A DNA stretch of 64,000 nt from an uncultured Gammaproteobacteria bacterium. Lineage in GTDB: Bacteria > Patescibacteriota > Microgenomatia > Levybacterales > UBA12049. The translations under genes and the position numbers were made by a program. Of this stretch, positions 20,235 through 28,613 are shown piece by piece. Location of the stretch: positions 199,782 through 263,781 of the forward strand of contig CAZWXQ010000002.1 in the NCBI GenBank assembly GCA_964637955.1, in the 5' to 3' direction. The notes under the pieces are model-generated. The model made no database searches, had not been told where the DNA came from, and saw only the letters and a list, made by a program, of their open reading frames with translations. The number at the start of each line of letters is the position of its first letter. The stretch's first letter is position 1.

Positions 20235-20293
20235 GTATGCCCTGAGCTTCATTTTGCATGATTTAGTTACAAAATGAAGCGAGAAGGGTATAC
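20235..20293. repeat. 59-nt palindromic element (GTATGCCCTGAGCTTCATTTTG..CAAAATGAAGCGAGAAGGGTATAC), copy 1 of 2
   Basis: Second copy at 38417-38475 in the same orientation relative to the downstream gene. 9-bp outer and 11-bp inner stems. Confidence 0.8.
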
Positions 20294-20294
20294 C

Positions 20295-20642
20295 TCAGCC
20301 ATTTATTATTTTGCCTAGAGCGCCGTTGATAAAAGCAGGGCTATTGTCTCCCCCGTATTCTTTTGCTAGTTCGATTGCTTCATCAACGATTACTTTTGGT
20401 GGTTCTTTTTTCGCTATTAAAAGCTCAAATGTGGCAAGTCTAAGAATAGCTAAGTCAGTTTTATTAATTTTATCTATCGGAAATTCAGGGGCTGCGGCTT
20501 TAATTTTTCCATCAATAAACTCAATGTGTGTCATTACTTCTTTTGCATCTGGACCGATTGGTTGGGTGTGGAATTCTACTTTAAAAATGTCCTCTACTAT
20601 TTTTTGTCTTTTTTTATGGCGAGGGTCAAGCGCTGTTTTCAT
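20295..20642 (-). CDS. nusB: Transcription antitermination factor NusB-like
   Basis: 115 aa. LAILRLATFELL helix typical of NusB. Confidence 0.55.
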   Translation of the reverse strand: MKTALDPRHKKRQKIVEDIFKVEFHTQPIGPDAKEVMTHIEFIDGKIKAAAPEFPIDKINKTDLAILRLATFELLIAKKEPPKVIVDEAIELAKEYGGDNSPAFINGALGKIING

Positions 20643-20861
20643 TTATGCAGTTTCAGCTTGAGTCTGTGGGACTTTTGTGGACTTAGATTTATTTATAACT
20701 TCTTTTCCGCGATAATAACCACAGTTTTTGCAAACGCTATGAGCAATCATCATCTCTGAGCAATTAGAGCAAACAATAGCATTTGGAACGGTGAGTTTAA
20801 TACTCGCACGTCTTTTGCCTTTTCTTTGCCTCGAATGTCTTCGTTTTGGTTCACCAGCCAT
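20643..20861 (-). CDS. rpmF: 50S ribosomal protein L32
   Basis: KRRHSRQRKGKRRAS...C..C...C..CGYY zinc ribbon. Confidence 0.85.
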   Translation of the reverse strand: MAGEPKRRHSRQRKGKRRASIKLTVPNAIVCSNCSEMMIAHSVCKNCGYYRGKEVINKSKSTKVPQTQAETA

Positions 20862-20943
20862 ATGTGTATTTTAGCTTATTTGAGGCTAGCTTGCAATAAG
20901 GACTAAATAATAGTTGTAATACATTGAATTTAAGGTAATGATT

Positions 20944-20972
20944 AGCCTCGCAAGGCCAGGCCTTGCGAGGCT
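20944..20972. repeat. REP palindrome AGCCTCGCAAGGCC-A-GGCCTTGCGAGGCT (perfect 14-bp arms), 5-prime flank of the RAYT gene
   Basis: Read directly. Flank is GATTAGCCTCG...GAGGCTG. Confidence 0.9.
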
Positions 20973-20997
20973 GACATCAAGGTGATATCGTTAGATT

Positions 20998-21666
20998 ATG
21001 CCATCGAAAAATTCAAGAAAAGAGTTTTTAGAAAATGGATATTATCATATTTACAATCGTGGTGTAGAAAAAAGAAAAATTTATCTAGATCAACAAGATT
21101 ATGCTGTCTTCCTTTCTTATCTTAAAGAATATTTGACTGAGAAAAATGAAAAAGAGCTTTATGAAATTTTAAATAATCCACAAACTTCTTATCAAGAAAA
21201 AGACAAAATATTAAAGCAAATCAGATTAAATAATTTTTATCAAGAAATAAAATTAGTCGCATATTGTCTGATGCCAAATCATTTTCATTTTTTTATAAAA
21301 CAAAATAAATATAACTCTATTTCTAAATTTATGAATTCATTATGTACGAGATATACTATGTACTTTAACAAGAAATATGATAGGGTAGGTTTTCTATATC
21401 AAGGAGTTTATAGGGCTGTTTTAATTAAAAACGAATCTCAATTTTTACAGCTTTCTCGTTATATACATAAACAGGCATTGCCTTTTCAGCCATCATCATT
21501 TAAAAGATATTTGAATCAGAATAAAACAGAGTGGATATATCCGGAGGAAGTATTATCCTATTTTTCGATCGAGCATCCAAAATTAAGTTATCAAGATTTT
21601 GTTATTGGAGAAAACGAAGAAAATATAAATTTTGCCTTAAAAGATATTATTTTGGATGATGATTAG
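20998..21666 (+). CDS. IS200-like HUH tyrosine transposase (REP-associated tyrosine transposase, RAYT)
   Basis: 222 aa. GYYHIYNRGVEKRKIY N-terminus, HUH motif LMPNHFHFFI, catalytic YIHKQ (Y-x3-Q). Flanked on both sides by identical REP palindromes. Confidence 0.75.
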   Translation: MPSKNSRKEFLENGYYHIYNRGVEKRKIYLDQQDYAVFLSYLKEYLTEKNEKELYEILNNPQTSYQEKDKILKQIRLNNFYQEIKLVAYCLMPNHFHFFIKQNKYNSISKFMNSLCTRYTMYFNKKYDRVGFLYQGVYRAVLIKNESQFLQLSRYIHKQALPFQPSSFKRYLNQNKTEWIYPEEVLSYFSIEHPKLSYQDFVIGENEENINFALKDIILDDD

Positions 21667-21692
21667 CCTCGCAAGGCCAGGCCTTGCGAGGC
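21664..21692. repeat. REP palindrome (perfect copy), 3-prime flank of RAYT; supplies the RAYT stop codon (gatTAGcctcg)
   Basis: Identical 29-nt palindrome. Same flank orientation as the 20944 copy. Confidence 0.9.
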
Positions 21693-21827
21693 TGGAGAGT
21701 CCCTTTGTCTTAAAATTTGCCTATGGGTTCCTGCAAATGCTTTTATAGTAATTAAATAAGTGTTATTATAATTAAAGAGAGCCGTGGGCCCTATATATAA
21801 TAGTGTTTTAGTAATACTACTATGGGC

Positions 21828-21855
21828 TTGACAAGTAGTAAAAAGGGTGTATAAT
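21828..21855 (+). promoter_or_regulatory. Consensus sigma70 promoter TTGACA-16-TATAAT; ATG 10 nt downstream (leaderless mRNA)
   Basis: cttgacaagtagtaaaaagggtgtataatacatttaaatATG. Confidence 0.6.
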
Positions 21856-21865
21856 ACATTTAAAT

Positions 21866-22819
21866 ATGTCAGCAGAAACACCTACACCATCTATTCAAGA
21901 AGCTACTCAAGCTCCAGTTAATTCTGGAGAAAATGTGTTGCTTTCATCTCCTGTTCTCCGCCTTTCTGAAGGTATTGTAAAAAGTCGCAGATCAAATGTA
22001 CGAAGAGCTGGAGCTTTTGCCGGCGCTGTTTTAGCAGTTGCAACTCTAGGAAGTTCGCTTAATATTGGAGGACGAGCTAACGCGCAAGGTCCTGATTATG
22101 TTCCACCATCCCCTGCTGCATCATCTGAGCCTATTCCATCTGTAGATCCAAATGGTGAAACTGCACAGGGAGAAGTTCCATGCGAACCAGAAGTAATCCC
22201 AGCAGCTCTTTTTGATCCAGCACCATCAGTAATTCCATCAACTGCACCTGAATCTTTTGCCCCATTACCTTCGGGGGGAGATTTGATTGGTGGAGATTTG
22301 GGAGGAGAAAATTGTACGGTTGCACCAGAAAAGATGCATGCAGCTTTAAATGAAATATTGGATCAAAATGACAAAGATATTAATAAAAATGTTAAGCCAA
22401 AGCAAATAAAGAAAAAGTTTAATCTACTTTGGAATGGTCAAGAGAAAACAAACAAAGAAACAGGAGAAAAAATAATAATTCCAGGCATAAAAGATAAAAT
22501 TGCTGGATATGTTGTGCCTCGTTTTGAAGATCAATCATTGTATGAATATCTATCAAACAATATTGGAGTAGCATTAGATCCCAAGACGGATAAATATAGG
22601 AGAACTGGTTATGGTAGTGATACAATAGGAATCTTGAGTTCAGCGGGGTTTTACTTGTCTGAAGAAGAATATGCACGCGTTATTGAATTTATAGATCCCT
22701 TTTATGATTATGTGGTTACTCACACAGATCCTGGTAATGAAGTTGTTGTTAAAGAATTAATGAAAGAAGCAAGCGTAAAAAGTTTAGATTTTTTCCTCTC
22801 GAAACTTATTCCGCAGTAG
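21866..22819 (+). CDS. Hypothetical secreted/membrane-anchored protein (Pro/Ser-rich linker)
   Basis: 317 aa. Hydrophobic segment AGAFAGAVLAVATLG. No family recognised. Confidence 0.45.
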   Translation: MSAETPTPSIQEATQAPVNSGENVLLSSPVLRLSEGIVKSRRSNVRRAGAFAGAVLAVATLGSSLNIGGRANAQGPDYVPPSPAASSEPIPSVDPNGETAQGEVPCEPEVIPAALFDPAPSVIPSTAPESFAPLPSGGDLIGGDLGGENCTVAPEKMHAALNEILDQNDKDINKNVKPKQIKKKFNLLWNGQEKTNKETGEKIIIPGIKDKIAGYVVPRFEDQSLYEYLSNNIGVALDPKTDKYRRTGYGSDTIGILSSAGFYLSEEEYARVIEFIDPFYDYVVTHTDPGNEVVVKELMKEASVKSLDFFLSKLIPQ

Positions 22820-22882
22820 ATATTGACTGTCATTAAAGTAATTGATACTCTAATTTTAAGGCTCATTTAGCTTTGTCTGCTC

Positions 22883-23551
22883 GTGAATAAAAATAGAAAA
22901 ATTATTTGGTTGTTTTTAATTTTAATTTCAGTCGTATTGACTTTGGTAATAGGTGCATTAATCTACTTGAATTTTCTTACTTCAAAAATAACTGATGATT
23001 CTTCGCAATATTTCTCAAACAATATAAAAAAAGTAATAGTAGAGGATTTAAAAAAGGAATACCCAGATTCAATAAAAAGACAAGTTGATATCGTTCAGGA
23101 CTTAAATAAATCAGAAAAAGAAAGATATCAGGCATTAGTTGCACTTTCTTTCTACTTTGAAAGTGAATATACGCAAACTCGTAATCCAAAAGTAAGAGAA
23201 TACAATGAGAAAATTATTAAATCCTATGCTCAGAAAAATTTTAAAAAAATGTTTAAAAATGGAGATTTTACTATTTTATGTTCAGATCCAGAATGTGGTC
23301 AGCAGCTAGATAAAGAAATTGTTGAAATATTAAATATCATTGCAAAAAGTGATTTGCCATCAGAAGTAAAAGTGCCTGTTAGGGATAATCTTACTACAGC
23401 AGGTCTTGCTCCTGATAAAGATATCATAAATAAGCAATTTGGTTTTAAACTAGTTTTTAGTCAGCTGAATGAATCATCAAATAATGAAGCTTCCCGTGCT
23501 GCAAATTTGCTAAAAGCCTACGCCAAAGTAAAATATAAAATGGATTTATGA
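22883..23551 (+). CDS. Hypothetical membrane-anchored protein
   Basis: 222 aa. N-terminal TM IIWLFLILISVVLTLVIGALIYL. Confidence 0.45.
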   Translation: MNKNRKIIWLFLILISVVLTLVIGALIYLNFLTSKITDDSSQYFSNNIKKVIVEDLKKEYPDSIKRQVDIVQDLNKSEKERYQALVALSFYFESEYTQTRNPKVREYNEKIIKSYAQKNFKKMFKNGDFTILCSDPECGQQLDKEIVEILNIIAKSDLPSEVKVPVRDNLTTAGLAPDKDIINKQFGFKLVFSQLNESSNNEASRAANLLKAYAKVKYKMDL

Positions 23552-26421
23552 AAAAAAAATTATATTTAATTATATCTTTAGTCTCTTTTTTTATTTTTTT
23601 TATACCTATCAATAAAGCAGAAGCTCTTAACATTGAATACTTTTTTTACAGTGACAATGCAAGTAATATAATCTGGCAAGCTGGATTTAGGATAGTTAAT
23701 AGATTGCATGATCCGATTACTTCTAGGTATACGGTTATGGTAAGAGACCCTTGTTTTCAGGGGTCGAATAATTGTCAAACTGATTTGCTCGACAACATTG
23801 TATCATCATATGCGGAAGATGAAGTGGAATTTCAGTGGGGTACTGGATGTATTGATCCATATGTTGATATAGGTAGGGTTGGAAAAGATTCATTTGGAAG
23901 AATTGTACATTATACTGGTCGTTTGAATGTCACCTTAAGTCATGCAAACATAAATGATTTGCAGGGTCAATCATCGCCTTCCCATGCTTTTGTAGATGAT
24001 ATTCAGTGGTATGAAAAAAACGGTGGGAAGACTATTTGGTTTGGTGGATTTGGAGATATTGATAATTGCCCACATAAGCCTGCATTTTCATGTAATACAA
24101 ATGGAAATGGAGCATGTATTCAGAGGTTTTGTGATCCCGCAACGGATAACAATTGCTATGCTGGAAGTTCATGTGGAGGAACAGATTGTAATGGGCCGAT
24201 TTCTGGACAAGTTTTTCTTCCCAACGGGAATCCTTTAAATGGAGCTGAGGTTGATAGAAATGGCGGGACGAATCAAACAACAAGAAATATAAATGGTGTG
24301 AATGGAAGCTTCAGATGGACTGGGTTGAATATATTCTCCAATCACACTATCCGACTTATAAGGTCTAGTTATGATCAGTGCGCTTATGACATAGCAGATA
24401 ATACCCAAAATGCTCAGGTTATAGATAATAATGTAAATTTCAGACTTAGCAATGTTTTATATAACATAAATGCACATGCTTACTGGGATGCTGAAGGCGA
24501 TGGAATTGATGCTGGAGACCCGGATTATAATAGAGACAGGATAACGTTTGGCGTAGAGCCAAGCAATCCTAATAGAAACTGTACGACTACTGATGGAACC
24601 TGTGCGATAACTGGAAATCCTACAGATCCTGGAGGAAAGAGATATGACATTACAGTCTCCGGGCTTCCTGCTGGTGACATAGTATATAGTAATAATCCTA
24701 TATCTAGAACTATAACTTGTGGTAATGTTGGAGCACCTTTCGCAATAGCTAAAGGCTATAGAATATCTGGCTCTATTTTTAAAGATTTAAATTATAATGG
24801 AAGATATAACCCCGCACTCGGTGAAGAGCTTTATACCACTGCAAATAGTGGAAATACTGTAGGTACAAACACAGTAAGAATAGAAGGTCTCGGAAGTAGG
24901 GGTGGTTATAGAGATCAGCAAACAGTAACAGACGGAACCTACCAGTTTGGCGGATTATTTAGAGGTCAGTATAGGGTAACTATTGATGATGGTGACTTTA
25001 ATCCTCTTGGATATAGGTTTTCTGCTCCTGTAAATAATCCTAAATCTTTTACTGTTACGGTCGCACCCGGAGCTGCTTGTACTCCTGATCCAACAAGTCT
25101 ACAGGATAGTTGTGTAACTGTAGCGCCTTGGGGTGGAAGTATTGAGGATCTTAATTTTGGAATAACACCTATTTATTCTATTTCGGGTGGAGTATTCGAA
25201 GATTTAAATGATAATTTAAGGAGAGATATAAGCGCAAATCCAAATGTAAATGAGCCTTATATGGCAGGTCAGCAAATGAGGTTAACTCAGGGTGGAGTTT
25301 TGTTTTCAGATGGAGCGCCATTTGCTTCTGCCAATCCTCAAGATACTAATCCAGATTATAACTTCTCTTTCCTTCTTCAGGATTCTTATAGAGTTGCATT
25401 TAACTGGTCACCTGCTATATATCAGCAGTATGATGCAGTAGGTCCAGTTGCCACTCCTCCAAGTGCAGCAAATGCCCCTTCTTTTCTAGTAAATTTAGAT
25501 CGCCCAGCGCTAGCTTCGTGCCCTACTCCGGATCTTAGTTATTTAGCTTGTAACGGTCTTGGAATAGCTAACTTAGATTTCGCATTGAAAAAAATTACTC
25601 AAGGGCCTTGGATGCAGACTTTTGGGGGAGATGTAAGATTTGATAAAAATTTCACCAACAAATTACCAGATGGTGAGAGGTTTTCAAAAATAATTCCTAA
25701 TATAAGTTCCTACGGAATTATATTTAATAAAATTGGATCAACAATAAACTTAGGTGCAAATGGAGATTACAACGCTACAAATAGACATGTAGTAGATTCA
25801 GGATTGCCGGGTTCTATAAAGATGGGTTATTCCCAGCTCTCAAGCTTAATTGAGAAGAGTGGAAATAGGGCTACGAATGTAGCATGTCAAACTCCATGTG
25901 CCTTGAGTAGCTTTACAAAAACTGATAAGACTTCAATATATAACCTAACTTCAGCTTCAGGTACAGTGAGTATTGATGGTCTTTTTGATGTTCCAGCTGG
26001 TAGAAATTATATATTTCTAGTGCCTGGAAACTTAAATATTAATACAGATATTCAAGTTCCAAATGGATCAGGATCAACTGTTACATTTGCAGTTGGTGGC
26101 AAAATAACTGTAAATGGATCAGTGAAAGATCTTCAAGGTATTTATGCAACAGATGGAGCTTTTGAGTTTGCTACTCTTGGATTTGATGCTACAGGTAAAA
26201 GTCTTGATACTGTAATTAATGTAGAAGGGAGCATCATTGTCGGGGGTACATTTATGCGTACGAGAAAATTAACACCTAGGGAAAGTGCTTATGGAATTGG
26301 TGGATCTGGAGGTCCTACATCCACGATAAATATTTCTTACAGACCAGATTTTGTTCTAAATATGCCTGCAATCATAAGAACTGCACTTTCTAAGCGAATC
26401 GAGGTTGTTCCTGGAAACTAA
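23548..26421 (+). CDS. Large secreted cell-surface protein (957 aa) with repeated SdrD-B/Cna-B-like Ca-binding beta-sandwich modules
   Basis: Signal peptide MKKKLYLIISLVSFFIFFIPINKAEA. Repeats of the form GSIFKDLNYNGRYN.. and GGVFEDLNDNLRRD.. Starts with an A9 tract (23551-23559). Confidence 0.5.
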   Translation: MKKKLYLIISLVSFFIFFIPINKAEALNIEYFFYSDNASNIIWQAGFRIVNRLHDPITSRYTVMVRDPCFQGSNNCQTDLLDNIVSSYAEDEVEFQWGTGCIDPYVDIGRVGKDSFGRIVHYTGRLNVTLSHANINDLQGQSSPSHAFVDDIQWYEKNGGKTIWFGGFGDIDNCPHKPAFSCNTNGNGACIQRFCDPATDNNCYAGSSCGGTDCNGPISGQVFLPNGNPLNGAEVDRNGGTNQTTRNINGVNGSFRWTGLNIFSNHTIRLIRSSYDQCAYDIADNTQNAQVIDNNVNFRLSNVLYNINAHAYWDAEGDGIDAGDPDYNRDRITFGVEPSNPNRNCTTTDGTCAITGNPTDPGGKRYDITVSGLPAGDIVYSNNPISRTITCGNVGAPFAIAKGYRISGSIFKDLNYNGRYNPALGEELYTTANSGNTVGTNTVRIEGLGSRGGYRDQQTVTDGTYQFGGLFRGQYRVTIDDGDFNPLGYRFSAPVNNPKSFTVTVAPGAACTPDPTSLQDSCVTVAPWGGSIEDLNFGITPIYSISGGVFEDLNDNLRRDISANPNVNEPYMAGQQMRLTQGGVLFSDGAPFASANPQDTNPDYNFSFLLQDSYRVAFNWSPAIYQQYDAVGPVATPPSAANAPSFLVNLDRPALASCPTPDLSYLACNGLGIANLDFALKKITQGPWMQTFGGDVRFDKNFTNKLPDGERFSKIIPNISSYGIIFNKIGSTINLGANGDYNATNRHVVDSGLPGSIKMGYSQLSSLIEKSGNRATNVACQTPCALSSFTKTDKTSIYNLTSASGTVSIDGLFDVPAGRNYIFLVPGNLNINTDIQVPNGSGSTVTFAVGGKITVNGSVKDLQGIYATDGAFEFATLGFDATGKSLDTVINVEGSIIVGGTFMRTRKLTPRESAYGIGGSGGPTSTINISYRPDFVLNMPAIIRTALSKRIEVVPGN

Positions 26422-26431
26422 TTTTACCTAC

Positions 26432-26460
26432 AGCCTCGCAAGGCCTGGCCTTGAGAGGCT
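26432..26460. repeat. REP palindrome, diverged copy (AGCCTCGCAAGGCC-T-GGCCTTGAGAGGCT) between convergent gene ends
   Basis: One arm substitution. Located between the stop of the 957-aa gene and the recG stop. Confidence 0.7.
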
Positions 26461-26468
26461 AGATAGCT

Positions 26469-28487
26469 TTAATCGGGGTTAACTTCTTTTATATTTTTTT
26501 CTTCAACTTTTTCTGCCAATTTCGGATACTTACTAATATTTGGTGCAATATTTTCTGCTTCAGTTCTTGTAGTTTTTATGAGTTCAAAGTCTGAAAAACT
26601 GGCAATTTTTAAATAATTTCTTCCAGATTGCTTAGTGCCATATATCTCCCCTGGCCCGCGAAGTTTGAGATCCAGTTCTGCAAGCTGTGCGCCCACATTG
26701 GTTTTTTCCATAGCTTTTAGTCTTTCTAGGGTTATTGGTGAAGTGCTCTCTGTAAATAAAAGACAATAGGCTTGTCTGTCGCGTCTTCCTACTCTACCTC
26801 TAAGTTGGTGAAGCCCAGAAAGGCCAAATCTTTCAGATGCTTCAATAAGAATTATGTCAGCATCCGGAATATCAATTCCTACTTCGACAACAGGAGTTGC
26901 AACCAAAATATCATATTTCTTTTCTTTAAAATCATTTAGAACTATCTCTTTTTCTTTTGGTTTTAGTTTTCCATGGAGGAGAGCTACTTTATAATCTTTA
27001 AAAATATTTTCTTTTAGATTTTCATATTCTTTTGTAGCTGCTTTAACTGTCGTCATTGATTCTGACTCCTCAATAAATGGACAAATCACAAAAACTTGAC
27101 TACCTTTTTCATCAATCTCTTTTTTTATCCAATCATATGATGCATCTCTTTTCTCATTCGGAACCAGCCAGGTTTTTACTTCAAGTCTTCCTTTGGGCAT
27201 TTCATCAAGAAGAGAAAGATCCAAATCTCCATAAAGAGTTAGAGCTATGGTTCTAGGAATTGGCGTTGCGGTCATAGTTAGAACGTGAGGGTTATTTCCC
27301 TTCTTTCTAAGTATTCCTCGCTGCTCTACTCCAAAGCGTTGCTGTTCGTCTATGATGATCAATCCAAGTTTTTTAAAATTTATATTTTTTTGGATAACGG
27401 CATGAGTGCCTATTAAAATATCAAACTCATCAAGAGAAACTTTTTTACTTCCAGTGGCATATCCAATCTTAATTCCGAGTGGAGTTAAGAGGCTTGAAAT
27501 TGTATCAAAATGCTGATTGGCAAGTATTTCAGTAGGTGCCATAATTACGCTCTGAAAGCCGTTAAAATGCCCTAGAAGCATAGCAATAGTCGCAACCACT
27601 GTCTTTCCACTTCCGACGTCTCCTTCAAGAAGTCTATTCATGGGCTTATCTTTTGAGAGGTCATTAAAAATCTCTTTGATTGATCGGTTTTGCGCTTGCG
27701 TAAGAGTAAATGCGAGATCCTTAATGAAATTTTCAATTTTCGATTTATAATTTTCAATTTCGAAAGGTTCGCTGTTTAGTTCTTTATTCCACGCAATTTT
27801 TCTGAGATTTGATGCAAGCTGAGTAACGAATAGTTCATCAAAACTGAGTCTTCTTTTTGCTGTATCTATGTCGCTTAACTGATCTGGGAAATGGATTTTG
27901 TAAATAGAATCTGATAGGTTTTCAAGTTTATTTTTAGTTTTTAGTTCATTTGGTAAAAAATCTTCAATTTCATTCTTAGAATCATTGAGAATTTTAAAAA
28001 CTTGGCGTCTTATCCATTTTGATGAAATTCCCCGAGTTTCAGGATAAACTGGAACAAGTCGACCGGTATGAATAAAATTATTTTCAGTTATCTCATAATC
28101 TGGTGTGTTTATCTGAAGTTTACCGGCTTTAAATTCTATTTTTCCAGAAAGCGAAATATGGTCAGACTTATGAATATTTTTGGCAAGATATGGTTGATTA
28201 AACCAAACAGCTTCTATTTCACCAGTGTCGTCTTTTATTTTCGCTTTTTGAAGTGTGAATCTGCTTCTTGTGTATTGGTTTTTTATTTCAATTACTTCAC
28301 CTCGGATAGTTACAGTTTCTCCTGGCTGAAGATTTGAAATGCTAGAAATTATGCGAAAGTCGTCGTATCTGAAAGGGATATGATATAAAAAATCATTTAT
28401 TGTTATGATTCCTAGTTTTTCTAGTGGAGCGGCGTAGCGCTTGTAAATTCCTCCAAGCGAACGGATTTGCGTATTAAGTGAGGTCAC
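26469..28487 (-). CDS. recG: ATP-dependent DNA helicase RecG
   Basis: 672 aa. N-terminal wedge domain, Walker A GDVGSGKTVVA, DEQQRFG, helicase C motifs. Confidence 0.9.
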   Translation of the reverse strand: MTSLNTQIRSLGGIYKRYAAPLEKLGIITINDFLYHIPFRYDDFRIISSISNLQPGETVTIRGEVIEIKNQYTRSRFTLQKAKIKDDTGEIEAVWFNQPYLAKNIHKSDHISLSGKIEFKAGKLQINTPDYEITENNFIHTGRLVPVYPETRGISSKWIRRQVFKILNDSKNEIEDFLPNELKTKNKLENLSDSIYKIHFPDQLSDIDTAKRRLSFDELFVTQLASNLRKIAWNKELNSEPFEIENYKSKIENFIKDLAFTLTQAQNRSIKEIFNDLSKDKPMNRLLEGDVGSGKTVVATIAMLLGHFNGFQSVIMAPTEILANQHFDTISSLLTPLGIKIGYATGSKKVSLDEFDILIGTHAVIQKNINFKKLGLIIIDEQQRFGVEQRGILRKKGNNPHVLTMTATPIPRTIALTLYGDLDLSLLDEMPKGRLEVKTWLVPNEKRDASYDWIKKEIDEKGSQVFVICPFIEESESMTTVKAATKEYENLKENIFKDYKVALLHGKLKPKEKEIVLNDFKEKKYDILVATPVVEVGIDIPDADIILIEASERFGLSGLHQLRGRVGRRDRQAYCLLFTESTSPITLERLKAMEKTNVGAQLAELDLKLRGPGEIYGTKQSGRNYLKIASFSDFELIKTTRTEAENIAPNISKYPKLAEKVEEKNIKEVNPD

Positions 28488-28491
28488 GGTA

Positions 28492-28602
28492 TTAAATAAA
28501 GATGTAAACTACAGAAGACAAGATTAGTGAAACTGCGATAAGTCCAAAAAGAAATATTAAAATAATTCTGTGTTTTTTACTGTATGTATCTAAATTATCC
28601 AT
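28492..28602 (-). CDS. Possible small single-TM protein (36 aa) between tyrS and recG
   Basis: MDNLDTYSKKHRIILIFLFGLIAVSLILSSVVYIFI. Below the ORF-track cutoff. Confidence 0.2.
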   Translation of the reverse strand: MDNLDTYSKKHRIILIFLFGLIAVSLILSSVVYIFI

Positions 28603-28613
28603 ATTTTTGAGCT

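Noticed and set aside
21663-21881. 72-aa ORF on the minus strand
   Set aside because: Covers the REP copy and the consensus promoter of the 21866 gene. No start context. Spurious.
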